Notes under the pieces: model-generated
What the model was told of the DNA's origin: nothing
Seen by the model: only the letters and a program-made list of their open reading frames with translations
The model's database searches: none
Program-made: the position numbers and the translations under genes
Origin: an uncultured bacterium
GTDB lineage: Bacteria > Chloroflexota > UBA5177 > JANWHV01
Direction: 5' to 3'
Length of the DNA: 64,000 bases
Assembly (NCBI GenBank): GCA_963827235.1
Contig: CAWHAE010000019.1
Coordinates: forward strand, 64,001-128,000
In this document: piece after piece, positions 21,122 through 32,587 of the stretch
How the letters are laid out: every line of letters starts with the position of its first letter
Position numbering within the stretch: position 1 is the first letter of the stretch

Positions 21122-21377
21122 TCGGCAGCCATAGCCTAACGTACACCGAACAGACCGCGTTCACCAGAGGCGTCCTCATCCAGACCTATCCCGCCGGCAC
21201 GGTGCGACGGCACCGGCCCTACCTGGGGGATTTGCGGCTGCCGCGCCATGAACTACGCTGGCTAGCGATACGACCTCACATTCGCGAGGAGGAATGTGCG
21301 TGGCGCAGCCTGCCGTTTCAGCCGCTGTGGCGTACACAACCATTCCTTCTGGTCGCATCAACGTGTATGTAGATCCC

Positions 21378-24300
21378 ATGGAGACCGCAGCGCTCCGGGA
21401 CCCTACCGACATTCCAGCGAGGCCGGTTACCGCTCTGGCCCAGGACAGCCGAGGCTATTTGTGGCTTGGCTCAGAGAGTGGGCCGCTCACCTTTGACGGG
21501 CTTTACTGCGCATCGCCGCCAGCGCTGGCCGGCCTGCAGGGTTCCATCGTTCTGTGCTTCTGCTTTGCCGACGAACGTACGTTATGGATGGGGACGCGGA
21601 GCATCGGCCTCGTCAAGATTCGCATAGGCTCGACCGGGCCGCGTCTGGAACAGGTTCTGACCCGGAAGCATGGTCTGCCACACAACTGGGTCCAAACGGT
21701 GTGCTGCGACGGTCGGGGTCGCCTTTGGGCCGGCACGCATGACGGCATTGCCATTATCGAGAATGGATCTGTCGCCCACACGCTCGGCGTCCGCGACGGA
21801 CTTGTAGCGCCAAAGGTCCTCTCCCTGTGCCGCGACGTTCGGGGCCGGCTTTGGATCGGGATGGATCAAGGATTGACCATCGTCGCCGATTCCTCCGCCG
21901 ACGACCCCACGGCGATGGGATCAGCGCTGTTGAGCGGCGCGGCGTCGGGGCTCTATTGCGACTGCCAAGGCCGAGTATGGGTCGGTACGATGGGAGGAGA
22001 GCTACTCCGGTCGGACGCGACTCAGGAGAGGGTTAAGCCGCCGGCACTCGTGGCCTCCGCCGGTGCCGCAATCAGCGCCATCTGTGAGGATCGTGCCGGT
22101 CGGCTCTACGTGGGCACCCGTCGCGGCGCACAGATCTATGCAGACGGTGTGCTTGTCGACACGATCACCCCGGAGGATGGACTGCCTTCCGCTGCCATTC
22201 GGGCGTTACTCTGCGATCGTGATGGGCGCGTATGGGCGGGCACGCAACACGGACTCGTAGCGCTGGCGAGCCCAGGCCGTCCGGGCCATCCGCTTGGGGG
22301 TACGGAAACGCCGGACAAGAGCTTGGTGTGGGCTTTCGCCGGTGACGGCGAACACCACATGTGGCTGGGCACGAACACCGGTCTGCATGCCGTCGATTGT
22401 TCCGGGGAGCGTCCCGTGGTGCTTCCGGAGCTGCCAGCGGCGCTCCAGCAGTCAACGGTCTGGTCACTGGCTTGGGATCAGACGGGGTGCTTGTGCGTGG
22501 GCACGCGCGAACACGGTCTGTTCGTGCTCGATTCCACCACCGGTGCGATCGATGCCCACCTGCTGGAAGATCGAAACGTTGGCGTAGTTGGCATCTGCCC
22601 GGTAGGCCCGCATCAGCTCTGGATTTCAACCTCTCGGCACGGCGTCATCTGTATTGATAGCGCAACCCACCGCATTCTGCACGAGCTTGGCGCTGAGCAA
22701 GGCCTGGCGGATGCGCACGTAACACGATTGCACGCCGATGAACGCGGATACCTGTGGGCGGGCACCGCGTCAGGCCGGCTTGTCTGTATTGACCCCACAC
22801 GCGGCGCTATTGTCACCACGATTTGCCTCGGCGACGAGACACGCCCATGGGTTGTCCAGGATACGGTGATCGATGATGCCGGCCGTATCTGGGCGAGCAC
22901 TCATGGCGGTGGCCTCGTGTGTGCCGATCCGCGCAGCTCCAGCATCGTGCGGACCGTGACCGCGGCGGACGGCCTCCGCAGCAACGTGGTCTACTCCTGC
23001 CGGATCGACCGCCGGGGCTACCTCTGGCTTGGCACCGCTGCCGGCGTGACGCGCTTTTCACCGGCATCCGGCCGGTGCATCACGATCGATCAGAGCCTGG
23101 GACTCCCGCACGCGGAATGCGACCAGGGGGCGCTCCATCTCGATGGGAACGATAGGTTGTGGGTCGGTACGGCTAAGGGGGCGGCGGTCGTAGATACGAC
23201 GATGGTGCCAACCGATGTTCCGGCCTCGCCCGTCTATCTCGTTGGGTTCAGAGTGATGGGTGAGGAGAGGGACCTCGACCACGACATGGCGATCGAGGAT
23301 AGCGCCTACGACCTGCAGTTCGAGTATGGCGCCGTCAGCTTCACGGCGCCGGCGGGAGTCGTCTATCGGGTCCAGTTGGAGGGATTGGAGATAGACTGGT
23401 CCGTGCCGACGGCCCAAAGAACGCGGCGCTATACCAATCTACGGCCGGGCGAGTACTCGTTTCGTGTTTCAGCGTGCAACTGGGGCGGAAACTGGTGCCA
23501 GCCACTCGTCGTGCCCTTCCGCGTCATCCAGAATCGTCAGGCGCGCGAAGCCGCGGAAGCCCTGGAGCGGGAACGGATAGCCAAGGAGGTCTACCGAGCT
23601 ACCGCGACCCGCCTAGAAGAGCTGAATCAGCAACTCGCGGTCGCCCAGCGCGCCGCGGAGGTCGCACGGGTGAAGGCCGAAGAGCTGGCGCAACTGAGGA
23701 GCGGCTTTATCGCAACGGTCAGCCACGAGCTGCGCACGCCACTTACCGCCATCATTGGCTATGGCGAGCTCCTGACAGCACAGTGGTCGCGGCTCGATGA
23801 CCAAGCGCGGCTGGACCGCGTTGGGCGTATTGTCACTGCGGCGAATCGGCAGCAACGCCTGGTCGAGGAGCTCTTGCTGTTGAGCCGGCTGGAGATGGGA
23901 GCACTTGCTCCTAACCTGGAGACGGTACCTCTGCAACCACTCGTCGAGCGCGCTGGCGACGAGGTGCGTGCCGGGTATCGGAGCCAATTCATCGACGTAG
24001 CGGGACCTGGCGACCTCGCGGTCATCGCTGATCCCGATCGAGTGGTGCAGATACTTGTGAATCTGATCGACAACGCGACCAAGTACTCGCCTGAAGGCGC
24101 TCCCGTCCACGTGCGCTGGTTGGAGGACCACGGCCACGCCGTCGTGCGGGTCCGAGATCATGGTGCCGGCGTTCCGGCAGCCGGACGTGACCACCTGTTT
24201 ACCCGTTTCGGTCGCATATCGGGCACTCAGGCACGTCCCGGCCACGTCGGCACCGGGTTGGGACTTCACCTGGGGCGCAGCCTGGCGCAGGCTATGGGTG

Positions 24301-24386
24301 GCGATCTCGAGCTGGAGGCCACGGGCCCTGAGGGAAGCGTGTTTCGGCTGACGCTCCCGCTATCTGTCGAGCATCCGACGGCGTGA
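21378..24386 (+). CDS. Two-component regulator beta-propeller + Y_Y_Y + histidine kinase
   Basis: Many DxxGxLWxGT Reg_prop repeats, YTNLRPGEYSFRV Y_Y_Y domain, SHELRTPL, NATKYS, GTGLGL. Confidence 0.93.
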   Translation: METAALRDPTDIPARPVTALAQDSRGYLWLGSESGPLTFDGLYCASPPALAGLQGSIVLCFCFADERTLWMGTRSIGLVKIRIGSTGPRLEQVLTRKHGLPHNWVQTVCCDGRGRLWAGTHDGIAIIENGSVAHTLGVRDGLVAPKVLSLCRDVRGRLWIGMDQGLTIVADSSADDPTAMGSALLSGAASGLYCDCQGRVWVGTMGGELLRSDATQERVKPPALVASAGAAISAICEDRAGRLYVGTRRGAQIYADGVLVDTITPEDGLPSAAIRALLCDRDGRVWAGTQHGLVALASPGRPGHPLGGTETPDKSLVWAFAGDGEHHMWLGTNTGLHAVDCSGERPVVLPELPAALQQSTVWSLAWDQTGCLCVGTREHGLFVLDSTTGAIDAHLLEDRNVGVVGICPVGPHQLWISTSRHGVICIDSATHRILHELGAEQGLADAHVTRLHADERGYLWAGTASGRLVCIDPTRGAIVTTICLGDETRPWVVQDTVIDDAGRIWASTHGGGLVCADPRSSSIVRTVTAADGLRSNVVYSCRIDRRGYLWLGTAAGVTRFSPASGRCITIDQSLGLPHAECDQGALHLDGNDRLWVGTAKGAAVVDTTMVPTDVPASPVYLVGFRVMGEERDLDHDMAIEDSAYDLQFEYGAVSFTAPAGVVYRVQLEGLEIDWSVPTAQRTRRYTNLRPGEYSFRVSACNWGGNWCQPLVVPFRVIQNRQAREAAEALERERIAKEVYRATATRLEELNQQLAVAQRAAEVARVKAEELAQLRSGFIATVSHELRTPLTAIIGYGELLTAQWSRLDDQARLDRVGRIVTAANRQQRLVEELLLLSRLEMGALAPNLETVPLQPLVERAGDEVRAGYRSQFIDVAGPGDLAVIADPDRVVQILVNLIDNATKYSPEGAPVHVRWLEDHGHAVVRVRDHGAGVPAAGRDHLFTRFGRISGTQARPGHVGTGLGLHLGRSLAQAMGGDLELEATGPEGSVFRLTLPLSVEHPTA

Positions 24387-24583
24387 CGCTCTCGTATCCA
24401 TTTGGAGGAGACGGTACTCTTGAGCGCGCTCGGCGATTCGTACCGCTCATACGCGGCGGCCCACGGGCGCCTCATCCCGTGCATCTGTTGACCACGGTCC
24501 AGGGATCGGATGGCGAATAGGCCGCGTCACGCCACGAGGAGCAGACGGGCGGAGAAGAGCGCTCTTGAGGGGCTGAAACGTGA

Positions 24584-24615
24584 CGAAGCCCGGCACCACG
24601 CTGTGCCGGGCTTCG
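24584..24615 (-). terminator. Hairpin downstream of groEL (probable terminator)
   Basis: CGAAGCCCGGCAC-6 nt-GTGCCGGGCTTCG, perfect 13-bp stem between convergent genes. Confidence 0.75.
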
Positions 24616-24643
24616 CTGTAGGCTCGAGACGGCGGTTGTCGGT

Positions 24644-26269
<1,626 letters not shown>

Positions 26270-26339
26270 TCACTCCTCCTACTAGGTCGGCACAGCCGTG
26301 CCGACCGTTTGCCTTCCTGCCTCAGTGCCGGAACGCGCC

Positions 26340-26642
26340 TCAGACTACGGCCAGAATGTCCTTCTCAGACAGGATCAGATACTCTTCGCCCTCGTACTTC
26401 ACCTCGGTACCGGCATACTTCGCATACAGGACTTCCTCGCCGACCGAGACCTCGAGCGCCTGGCGGGTGCCGCTGTCGAGAATGCGACCCGGCCCGGCTG
26501 CCACGATGGTGCCTTTCTGGGGCTTCTCCTTGGCGGTGTCCGGCAGGATGACGCCTGCCGCGCTCACTTCTTCCTTGTTCGCCGGCTTGATCACCACGCG
26601 GTCGCCCAGGGGACGGATCTGAACCTTTACGTCCGTTGCCAA
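26340..26642 (-). CDS. groS: Co-chaperonin GroES
   Basis: [26 protein letters not shown]; TTG start 8 nt after GGAGG. Confidence 0.98.
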   Translation of the reverse strand: MATDVKVQIRPLGDRVVIKPANKEEVSAAGVILPDTAKEKPQKGTIVAAGPGRILDSGTRQALEVSVGEEVLYAKYAGTEVKYEGEEYLILSEKDILAVV

Positions 26643-26683
26643 CGCCTGAACCTCCTGCAATTCGTGCTGCTTCCAACCCGTGG

Positions 26684-26710
26684 CTAGCAGTCGCGCAGCC
26701 CGACTGCTAA
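26684..26710 (-). promoter_or_regulatory. CIRCE (HrcA operator) variant 1
   Basis: TTAGCAGTC-N9-GACTGCTAG versus consensus TTAGCACTC-N9-GAGTGCTAA. Confidence 0.85.
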
Positions 26711-26722
26711 CGTCCAGCGACT

Positions 26723-26761
26723 AGTATACGCGAACTAGCAGTCTCGATCAAGGGCTGCTAA
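26723..26761 (-). promoter_or_regulatory. groESL promoter overlapped by CIRCE variant 2
   Basis: TTGATC-17 nt-TATACT; CIRCE-like TTAGCAGCC-N9-GACTGCTAG at 26735-26761 covers the -35. Confidence 0.8.
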
Positions 26762-26828
26762 TCGGAAGCGATCCGAGCGCTCGGCGGGCGTTTCAGATCC
26801 TGCGCCGGCAGCACCTCCGAGGCCGGCC

Positions 26829-27533
26829 TCAGCTCTGCGCAGTCCAGAAACCGGACGCGGAGAGGTAGACGCGGTAGGTCGCCGTGCTCGGTAACATGCG
26901 TACGCCGTTGCCGGAGTGGACGCGCACGAAGGGCACGAGGCTAGTGTGCTGGCGAAGAAAGCGGCTCACCTTGTCGGGCGATCCGTCCAGCCGATAGGCG
27001 GTGACCGGCTTGTTCGCGTAGTCGGCGGCATTCTCGTAGTAGCCTGCCAGCGTGGTTATCCGGTAGTCGGCGCGCAGTCCCAATATGTTGAGCCAGTCCT
27101 GCCAGCTGAGCACGTCGCCGCTCAGGAGCCATTCGTCACCCTTCACGGTGAAGGTGTGGGATTGCCCTGCCTTGCCGTCCGTTACCGGCGTGAAGACGAC
27201 TTGCATGGTCTGCTCCAGGCCGGGCACGGGATCGGCGTGGACCATGGCCACCAGCTGATCCTGCGCCAAGTCATGGTACGACTGGGTCCAGCCATCCACG
27301 GCAAGCACGGCCACCGCCGCCCCGGCGAGCACCAGGCCGCCGCACAATCTTCCGATCCGGATTCGTCGCCCCGCGACCATCTCCGCGATGCCCGCCACGA
27401 CCGAGGCGAGGGCGAGCAATGCCAGAAGAGCTGCCAGTATGGTGAGTCTGTCTACGGTAGTGGGGATGATCAACCTGCCCAGTTGTGCCGTCCTCTCTCC
27501 TCGTCTTCCTCGATAGCCCGGCCCGCTCGCCAC
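26829..27533 (-). CDS. Hypothetical membrane protein
   Basis: Two N-terminal TM segments, then a soluble domain with GDEW motif; start uncertain. Confidence 0.75.
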   Translation of the reverse strand: MASGPGYRGRRGERTAQLGRLIIPTTVDRLTILAALLALLALASVVAGIAEMVAGRRIRIGRLCGGLVLAGAAVAVLAVDGWTQSYHDLAQDQLVAMVHADPVPGLEQTMQVVFTPVTDGKAGQSHTFTVKGDEWLLSGDVLSWQDWLNILGLRADYRITTLAGYYENAADYANKPVTAYRLDGSPDKVSRFLRQHTSLVPFVRVHSGNGVRMLPSTATYRVYLSASGFWTAQS

Positions 27534-27808
27534 GGTTTCCCGCTGTGGGCGGGCCGGCTTACGTCGATAGAGCCACGACGGTCAGTATGGCTACACGGGC
27601 GGCGCCAAGGCAATGGAGTTATCACACGATCCCACCGCGCAGCCGTAAGATGCCGACCAAGTGTTGCCGCTTGGTCGCCGAGCGATCCTGTCGTGATGTC
27701 GCTATAGCGCGGCGAGCGAGACTCCCGTCCTTCCGGTCGTACAAGCCGCGCGCGGTGTGACTCCCCGGTGCACGGCTCCCCTGGCGCGCCGGTGCCCCGG
27801 GCGATACG

Positions 27809-28465
27809 ATGAAAAGGATGATCCGTCTCTTTCTCGTTCGCCACGGCGTCACGGCCTGGAACGCGAACGGAGTCTATCAGGGTCGGCTCGACGTGCCGCT
27901 GAGCGACGAGGGGCGCGCACAGGTGTGCCGGTTGCGCGATCGCCTGCGCAAGGTCGACTTCTTCTGTTGCTACACCAGCACGCTCGCGCGGGCGCGCGAG
28001 TCGGCGGCCATTGTGCTTGAGGACCGGGTCTGTCCCGTGCAGGCCACTCCCGATCTCGACGAGATGAGCTACGGTTCCTGGGAAGGCCTGACGCGTCAGG
28101 AGATACAGGTGCGTTATCCGGAAGCATGGCGTGCGTTTCTGGCCGACAGGGAGCGGCAGCCACCGCCCTGCGGTGAGTCGCCGGCCGATCTCGATCGCCG
28201 CTTGCGCGCTTTCTCCGGCTCCTTGAGCCGCCATCAGTCTGACGACGGCGTCTCGATCCTGATTGCCGCACACGGTGGCTCTCTGCGCACGCTGATTGCC
28301 CACTACCTCGGGCTGGCCAACAGGCACGCGCGCCGTATCAGACTGGACAACGCGTCGCTATCGATCGTCGAGGTCTACGCCGGCGACGCCGTCGTGTCGC
28401 TGCTCAACGATACGTCTCATCTGAGTCCGCTCAAGGCGCCGCCCGATCGCCAGCCCGTACATTGA
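27809..28465 (+). CDS. Histidine phosphatase family protein (CobC/GpmB-like)
   Basis: LVRHG, YGSWEG, GES, AHGG, LLNDTSHL. Confidence 0.92.
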   Translation: MKRMIRLFLVRHGVTAWNANGVYQGRLDVPLSDEGRAQVCRLRDRLRKVDFFCCYTSTLARARESAAIVLEDRVCPVQATPDLDEMSYGSWEGLTRQEIQVRYPEAWRAFLADRERQPPPCGESPADLDRRLRAFSGSLSRHQSDDGVSILIAAHGGSLRTLIAHYLGLANRHARRIRLDNASLSIVEVYAGDAVVSLLNDTSHLSPLKAPPDRQPVH

Positions 28466-28468
28466 GCT

Positions 28469-29665
28469 CTATCCCGCCGTGGCGATCTCGTTCAGGCTTC
28501 CATATGGCACGTGAGACCTGGACGGCAGCCAGGGTATCCAGCGTGAGAGAACGTCCAGTCCGGATGCGGTGCTGCCGCCGTTGCTGCTGTCGGTATTGAC
28601 CACGAACAGGTGGCCGGTGCGTTGGTCGACTGCCATGCCCTGCGGCGTGTAGCGTGCTCCCAGCACGGGGTACGACCTCACGCGCGCTGCGCCCGCTACG
28701 CTCATGGCCAGCACTGCGTTGCCCACGTCCATCAACAGCGTGCCGTGGTGCTCGTCGCCGATCATGGAGAGCGGACTCTGGCCCAGCGGCAGATCCGCCA
28801 GCAGGCGCCCGCTGCGGGCGTCCAGCACGGTCACCCTCGCGGTGCCGGCACCGCCGGGGATGGCCGGCACGCCGGCCACGAATACTCTCGACATGCTGCT
28901 CATCACGACCATGGCCAGCGGATTGGAGGCCAGGCGTATCCGGCCCAGCACGGCGCCGGTGCGCGCGTCCAGCAGCACGACGAGCGAATTCAGGGCGTCT
29001 CCCGCGAACAGCCGCCCGGTCCGCTCATCCACGGCGATTGCGGCCGGATAGCCGCCGATTGCCACGTCGAACACCGCGTGGCCCGTCCTGCCGTCGACGG
29101 CCTCGACGGTGTTGTCCGAGTTTGCCAGGAAGAGGCATCCCGTGGCGCCGTCCACGGCCATGGCGATCGGCGCGCGTCGCAAGGAGATCGTGTGTAACGG
29201 CATCGCGGTACTGCCGTCCAGAATGGCCAGGACGTCGCCGCCGCTACTGGTCAAGAAGACGCGGCCGGATCGGGGATCCACGGCGATGAGCTGGGGCGAG
29301 AAGCCAAGCGGAGTGGTGCGCAGTGGCTGGCCCGAGGCTGCGTCCAGGACGCTGACACTGTTGTCGCCGGCGTTGGGTACGAAGATTCGGTTCGCGGGCT
29401 CGTCGACCGCCGCGCCGAGCGCGCCGTGACCCACGGGAACCGAGCGCAGCAGCTTGCCGCTGGCGGTGTCAAATATGGCCACCGTATAGTCCGCGCCGTT
29501 GACCACAAAGGCGCGGCTCGTGGCGTCGTCGAGCGTCACGGCGACCGGATCGCCGCTCAAGGGGACGACCCGATCGAAGGTGCCGCTGCTCACCTGGCGC
29601 AGCTCGGCGGCGACGCCCAGCCCGAGCGCCGCCGCCAGCAGCAGAATCAGTCGCCAGTGTCTCAT
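28469..29665 (-). CDS. YncE/YVTN beta-propeller protein, exported
   Basis: Signal-like N-terminus; repeated PxxxAVDxxxxRxFVxN...VSVLD units. Confidence 0.88.
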   Translation of the reverse strand: MRHWRLILLLAAALGLGVAAELRQVSSGTFDRVVPLSGDPVAVTLDDATSRAFVVNGADYTVAIFDTASGKLLRSVPVGHGALGAAVDEPANRIFVPNAGDNSVSVLDAASGQPLRTTPLGFSPQLIAVDPRSGRVFLTSSGGDVLAILDGSTAMPLHTISLRRAPIAMAVDGATGCLFLANSDNTVEAVDGRTGHAVFDVAIGGYPAAIAVDERTGRLFAGDALNSLVVLLDARTGAVLGRIRLASNPLAMVVMSSMSRVFVAGVPAIPGGAGTARVTVLDARSGRLLADLPLGQSPLSMIGDEHHGTLLMDVGNAVLAMSVAGAARVRSYPVLGARYTPQGMAVDQRTGHLFVVNTDSSNGGSTASGLDVLSRWIPWLPSRSHVPYGSLNEIATAG

Positions 29666-29757
29666 GTCCCGTGCATCCAGGCGGCGGCACAACGCCGGAC
29701 ACACCGGCGCCGTCCCCATACTTCCAGACTATATGACGGTGGGGAATGGTCAAGGTG

Positions 29758-30483
29758 TCAGCTTACGTCGATCGTCTCGCCGAGATACGTCTTGCGCACC
29801 AGCTCGCTGAGCAGCAGATTGGACGCGGTGTCTTCCAGCACCACCTCTCCGGTCTGCAACACGTAGCCGCGGTTGGCGATGGTCAGGGCGAGGTTGGCGT
29901 TCTGCTCCACCATGAAGATGGTGACGCCCTGGCGGTTGATGCTCTGCACCGTGTCGAACACGCGCTCCACGAAGATCGGGGAGAGACCCATCGACGGCTC
30001 GTCGAGGATCAGCAACGTGGGCCGGGCCATCAGCGCGCGGCCCATGGCCAGCATCTGCTGCTCACCGCCGCTCATCAATCCTGCGAGCTGTTTCCGACGC
30101 TCTTTCAAGCGCGGAAAGAGGTCGAATACGCGCACCATGTCTTCGCCGATTGCCTTGTGGTCGGTGCGCAGGTACGCCCCGAGCTCCAGGTTCTCCATGA
30201 CGGTCATGCGCGAGAAGACGCGGCGTCCCTCGGGAACCGGCGCGATGCCGGCTTTTACGATGTCGCTGGGCGACATCTTGTCGATGATCTTGCCGTTGAA
30301 CGTCACGTGGCCGCCGGTCGGCCTGACCAGGCCAAGCACGGTCTTCATGGTAGTCGTCTTGCCGGCGCCGTTGGCGCCCAGGAGACAGACGATCTCGCCC
30401 TGCTCGACCCTGTAGTTGACGTTCTTCAGCACGTGGATCGGCCCGTAGTGCGTGTGCACGCCGTTGAATTGCAGCATGCTCAT
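29758..30483 (-). CDS. livF: Branched-chain amino acid ABC transporter ATPase
   Basis: GANGAGKTT, VPEGRRVF, SGGEQQM, LDEPSMGL. Confidence 0.95.
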   Translation of the reverse strand: MSMLQFNGVHTHYGPIHVLKNVNYRVEQGEIVCLLGANGAGKTTTMKTVLGLVRPTGGHVTFNGKIIDKMSPSDIVKAGIAPVPEGRRVFSRMTVMENLELGAYLRTDHKAIGEDMVRVFDLFPRLKERRKQLAGLMSGGEQQMLAMGRALMARPTLLILDEPSMGLSPIFVERVFDTVQSINRQGVTIFMVEQNANLALTIANRGYVLQTGEVVLEDTASNLLLSELVRKTYLGETIDVS

Positions 30484-31358
30484 GAGGCGGCTCCCTCCGC
30501 GGATTCCCGCTTGTCGAGCATCGCCGCCGCGTTCGCCGCCGCTTTTCGGCCGAGATAGGCCTCGATCACCAGCTCGTTGGACTGCACTTCGCGGGGCGTG
30601 CCCTCGGCGATCTTCTGGCCGTAGTCGAGCACCACCACCCGGTCGGACATGCCCATCACGACGTTGAGCTTGTGCTCGATCAGGATGATCGCCAGTTGCT
30701 GGGAGCGGATCCTGGCGATGATGCGAATGGCTTCCTCGGTCTCCGCCGGGTTCATACCCACCGTGGGCTCGTCCAGCAGGAGCAGCTTGGGCCGCGACGC
30801 CATGGCGCGCGCGATCTCCAGCATCCGACGGTCGGCGTAGGCCAGGTTGCGGGCCAGCGTATAGCGATTCGGCAGGAGCCGATCGCCGAAGAAACGGAGC
30901 ACCTCGTAGGCGCGAGCACGCGCCTCCTCCTCCTCCTTCCTTGTGCGCGGCAGCTTCAGGATGTCGCCGAGCAGCCCCGACTTGAGCCGCGCGTGGTAAC
31001 CCACGAGCACGTTCTCCTCCACCGTCATGTTCTGGAACAGGCGGATGTTCTGGAAGGTGCGCGATACGCCGGCTCGCAGTACGGCGTCGGGCTTCTTGCC
31101 CGCCACGTTCTTTCCGGCGACGATGATGCGGCCTGAGGTCGGTCTATAGAGGCCGGTAATCAGGTTGAAGAGCGTAGACTTGCCGGCACCGTTCGGGCCG
31201 ATCACGCCCACGATCTCGCCGGCGCTGATGTGGAAGTCGATATTCTGCACGGCGGCCAGGCCACCGAACGATTTTGTCAGCGCTATCGTCTCAAGGAGGT
31301 ACGGCGCCTCCGTGCCGGCACCGGCTGCCGGCTGAGAGCCCACGACCGCGGCGGTCAC
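30480..31358 (-). CDS. livG: Branched-chain amino acid ABC transporter ATPase
   Basis: [29 protein letters not shown]. Confidence 0.95.
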   Translation of the reverse strand: MTAAVVGSQPAAGAGTEAPYLLETIALTKSFGGLAAVQNIDFHISAGEIVGVIGPNGAGKSTLFNLITGLYRPTSGRIIVAGKNVAGKKPDAVLRAGVSRTFQNIRLFQNMTVEENVLVGYHARLKSGLLGDILKLPRTRKEEEEARARAYEVLRFFGDRLLPNRYTLARNLAYADRRMLEIARAMASRPKLLLLDEPTVGMNPAETEEAIRIIARIRSQQLAIILIEHKLNVVMGMSDRVVVLDYGQKIAEGTPREVQSNELVIEAYLGRKAAANAAAMLDKRESAEGAAS

Positions 31359-32587
31359 GAGGCACCTTCGTTGCGGACGTCGTAGAGCTGCACGTTTTCC
31401 TCCGCCAGCACGGATTCCTCGGTCGGCCTCATCTCGCGGCGTCGCTGGCTGCTGGGGATCAGCCCCTCACGACGGAAGATCATCATCAGCACGAGCATTA
31501 TGCCGAAGATCAGGTATTGCGATTCCACAAAGTCGACGTTCTCCAGGAACTTCAGGAGACTGACGTGGCTGCCGACGTCGCTGGCCCAGTTGTTCAGATT
31601 GGGCAGCAGGTAGTACTGCAGCGTGGCGATGATAGCGGCGCCGAGCACGACACCGGGAACGCTGCCCTGGCCGCCGAGCACCACCATGACCAGGATGGAG
31701 ATCGAGATCAGGAACGTGAACTGCGTGGGGTCCACCAAGCCCAGGCGACTGCCCTGCATCACGCCGGCGAAGCCCGAGAAGAAGGCACCCATCACGAACG
31801 CCATCAGCTTGGTGCGCATGATATTGATGCCCATGCAGGATGCCGCCAGCTCATCTTCGCGCATGGCAACCCAGGCGCGCCCGAGCCGGGAGGTCTGCAG
31901 GCTGTAAGCGATCAGGATGATCACCGTGAGCATGCCGAGGCCCAGGTAGTACCAGGGAACCTGGTCCGACTGCCCGAACTGCAACCCGGCGAAGCTCGGC
32001 GCGAATATCCCGTCCAGGCTGTTGGTGCCGCCCGTGATGTCCGGCCAACCGAAGGCCGTCAGTGTGGCGCCGGGGCCCAGGTTGGTCACGATCTTGTGCA
32101 CGATCTCACCGAAGCCGAGCGTGACGATCGCCAGGTAGTCCCCTCGCAGGCGCAGGGTGGGAGCGCCAAGCACTGCGCCGAAACAGGCGGCGATCAGCGC
32201 GCATATCGGCAGGAACCACCAAAAATTGGCGTGTACGCCGTTTGGGCCCCAGCTTATGAAGGGGCTGTTGAACGTGCTCACGGGCGTGAAGTGCGAGGAG
32301 CTGAGCATGCCGAACGAGTAGGCGCCGATGGCGAAGAACGCCGCATAGCCCAAGTCGAGCAAGCCCGCGAAGCCCACTACCACGTTCAGCCCGAGGGCCA
32401 GCATGGCGTAGATCTCGCCCTCCACCACGTCGCCGGTGATGACCTGTAGCTGACCCGTGCGGCTGATCAGCGGGGGAAAGATCAGGGCAATAACTGCCAG
32501 GGTGCCCCAGCCGATCAACAATCTGCGGTTTTGCGGCTGTGCCCAGGGCAAGTTGCCGTTAGGAGCTGCTGCTGTGTTTGCCATCAC
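31355..32587 (-). CDS. livM: Branched-chain amino acid ABC transporter permease
   Basis: GLNVVVGFAGLLDLGY, RLRGDYLAIVTLGFGEI, GRAWVAMREDE. Confidence 0.95.
   Translation of the reverse strand: MMANTAAAPNGNLPWAQPQNRRLLIGWGTLAVIALIFPPLISRTGQLQVITGDVVEGEIYAMLALGLNVVVGFAGLLDLGYAAFFAIGAYSFGMLSSSHFTPVSTFNSPFISWGPNGVHANFWWFLPICALIAACFGAVLGAPTLRLRGDYLAIVTLGFGEIVHKIVTNLGPGATLTAFGWPDITGGTNSLDGIFAPSFAGLQFGQSDQVPWYYLGLGMLTVIILIAYSLQTSRLGRAWVAMREDELAASCMGINIMRTKLMAFVMGAFFSGFAGVMQGSRLGLVDPTQFTFLISISILVMVVLGGQGSVPGVVLGAAIIATLQYYLLPNLNNWASDVGSHVSLLKFLENVDFVESQYLIFGIMLVLMMIFRREGLIPSSQRRREMRPTEESVLAEENVQLYDVRNEGAS

Noticed and set aside
27809-28465. Calling the histidine phosphatase cobC
   Set aside because: No adjacent cobalamin biosynthesis genes; motifs do not separate CobC from other family members
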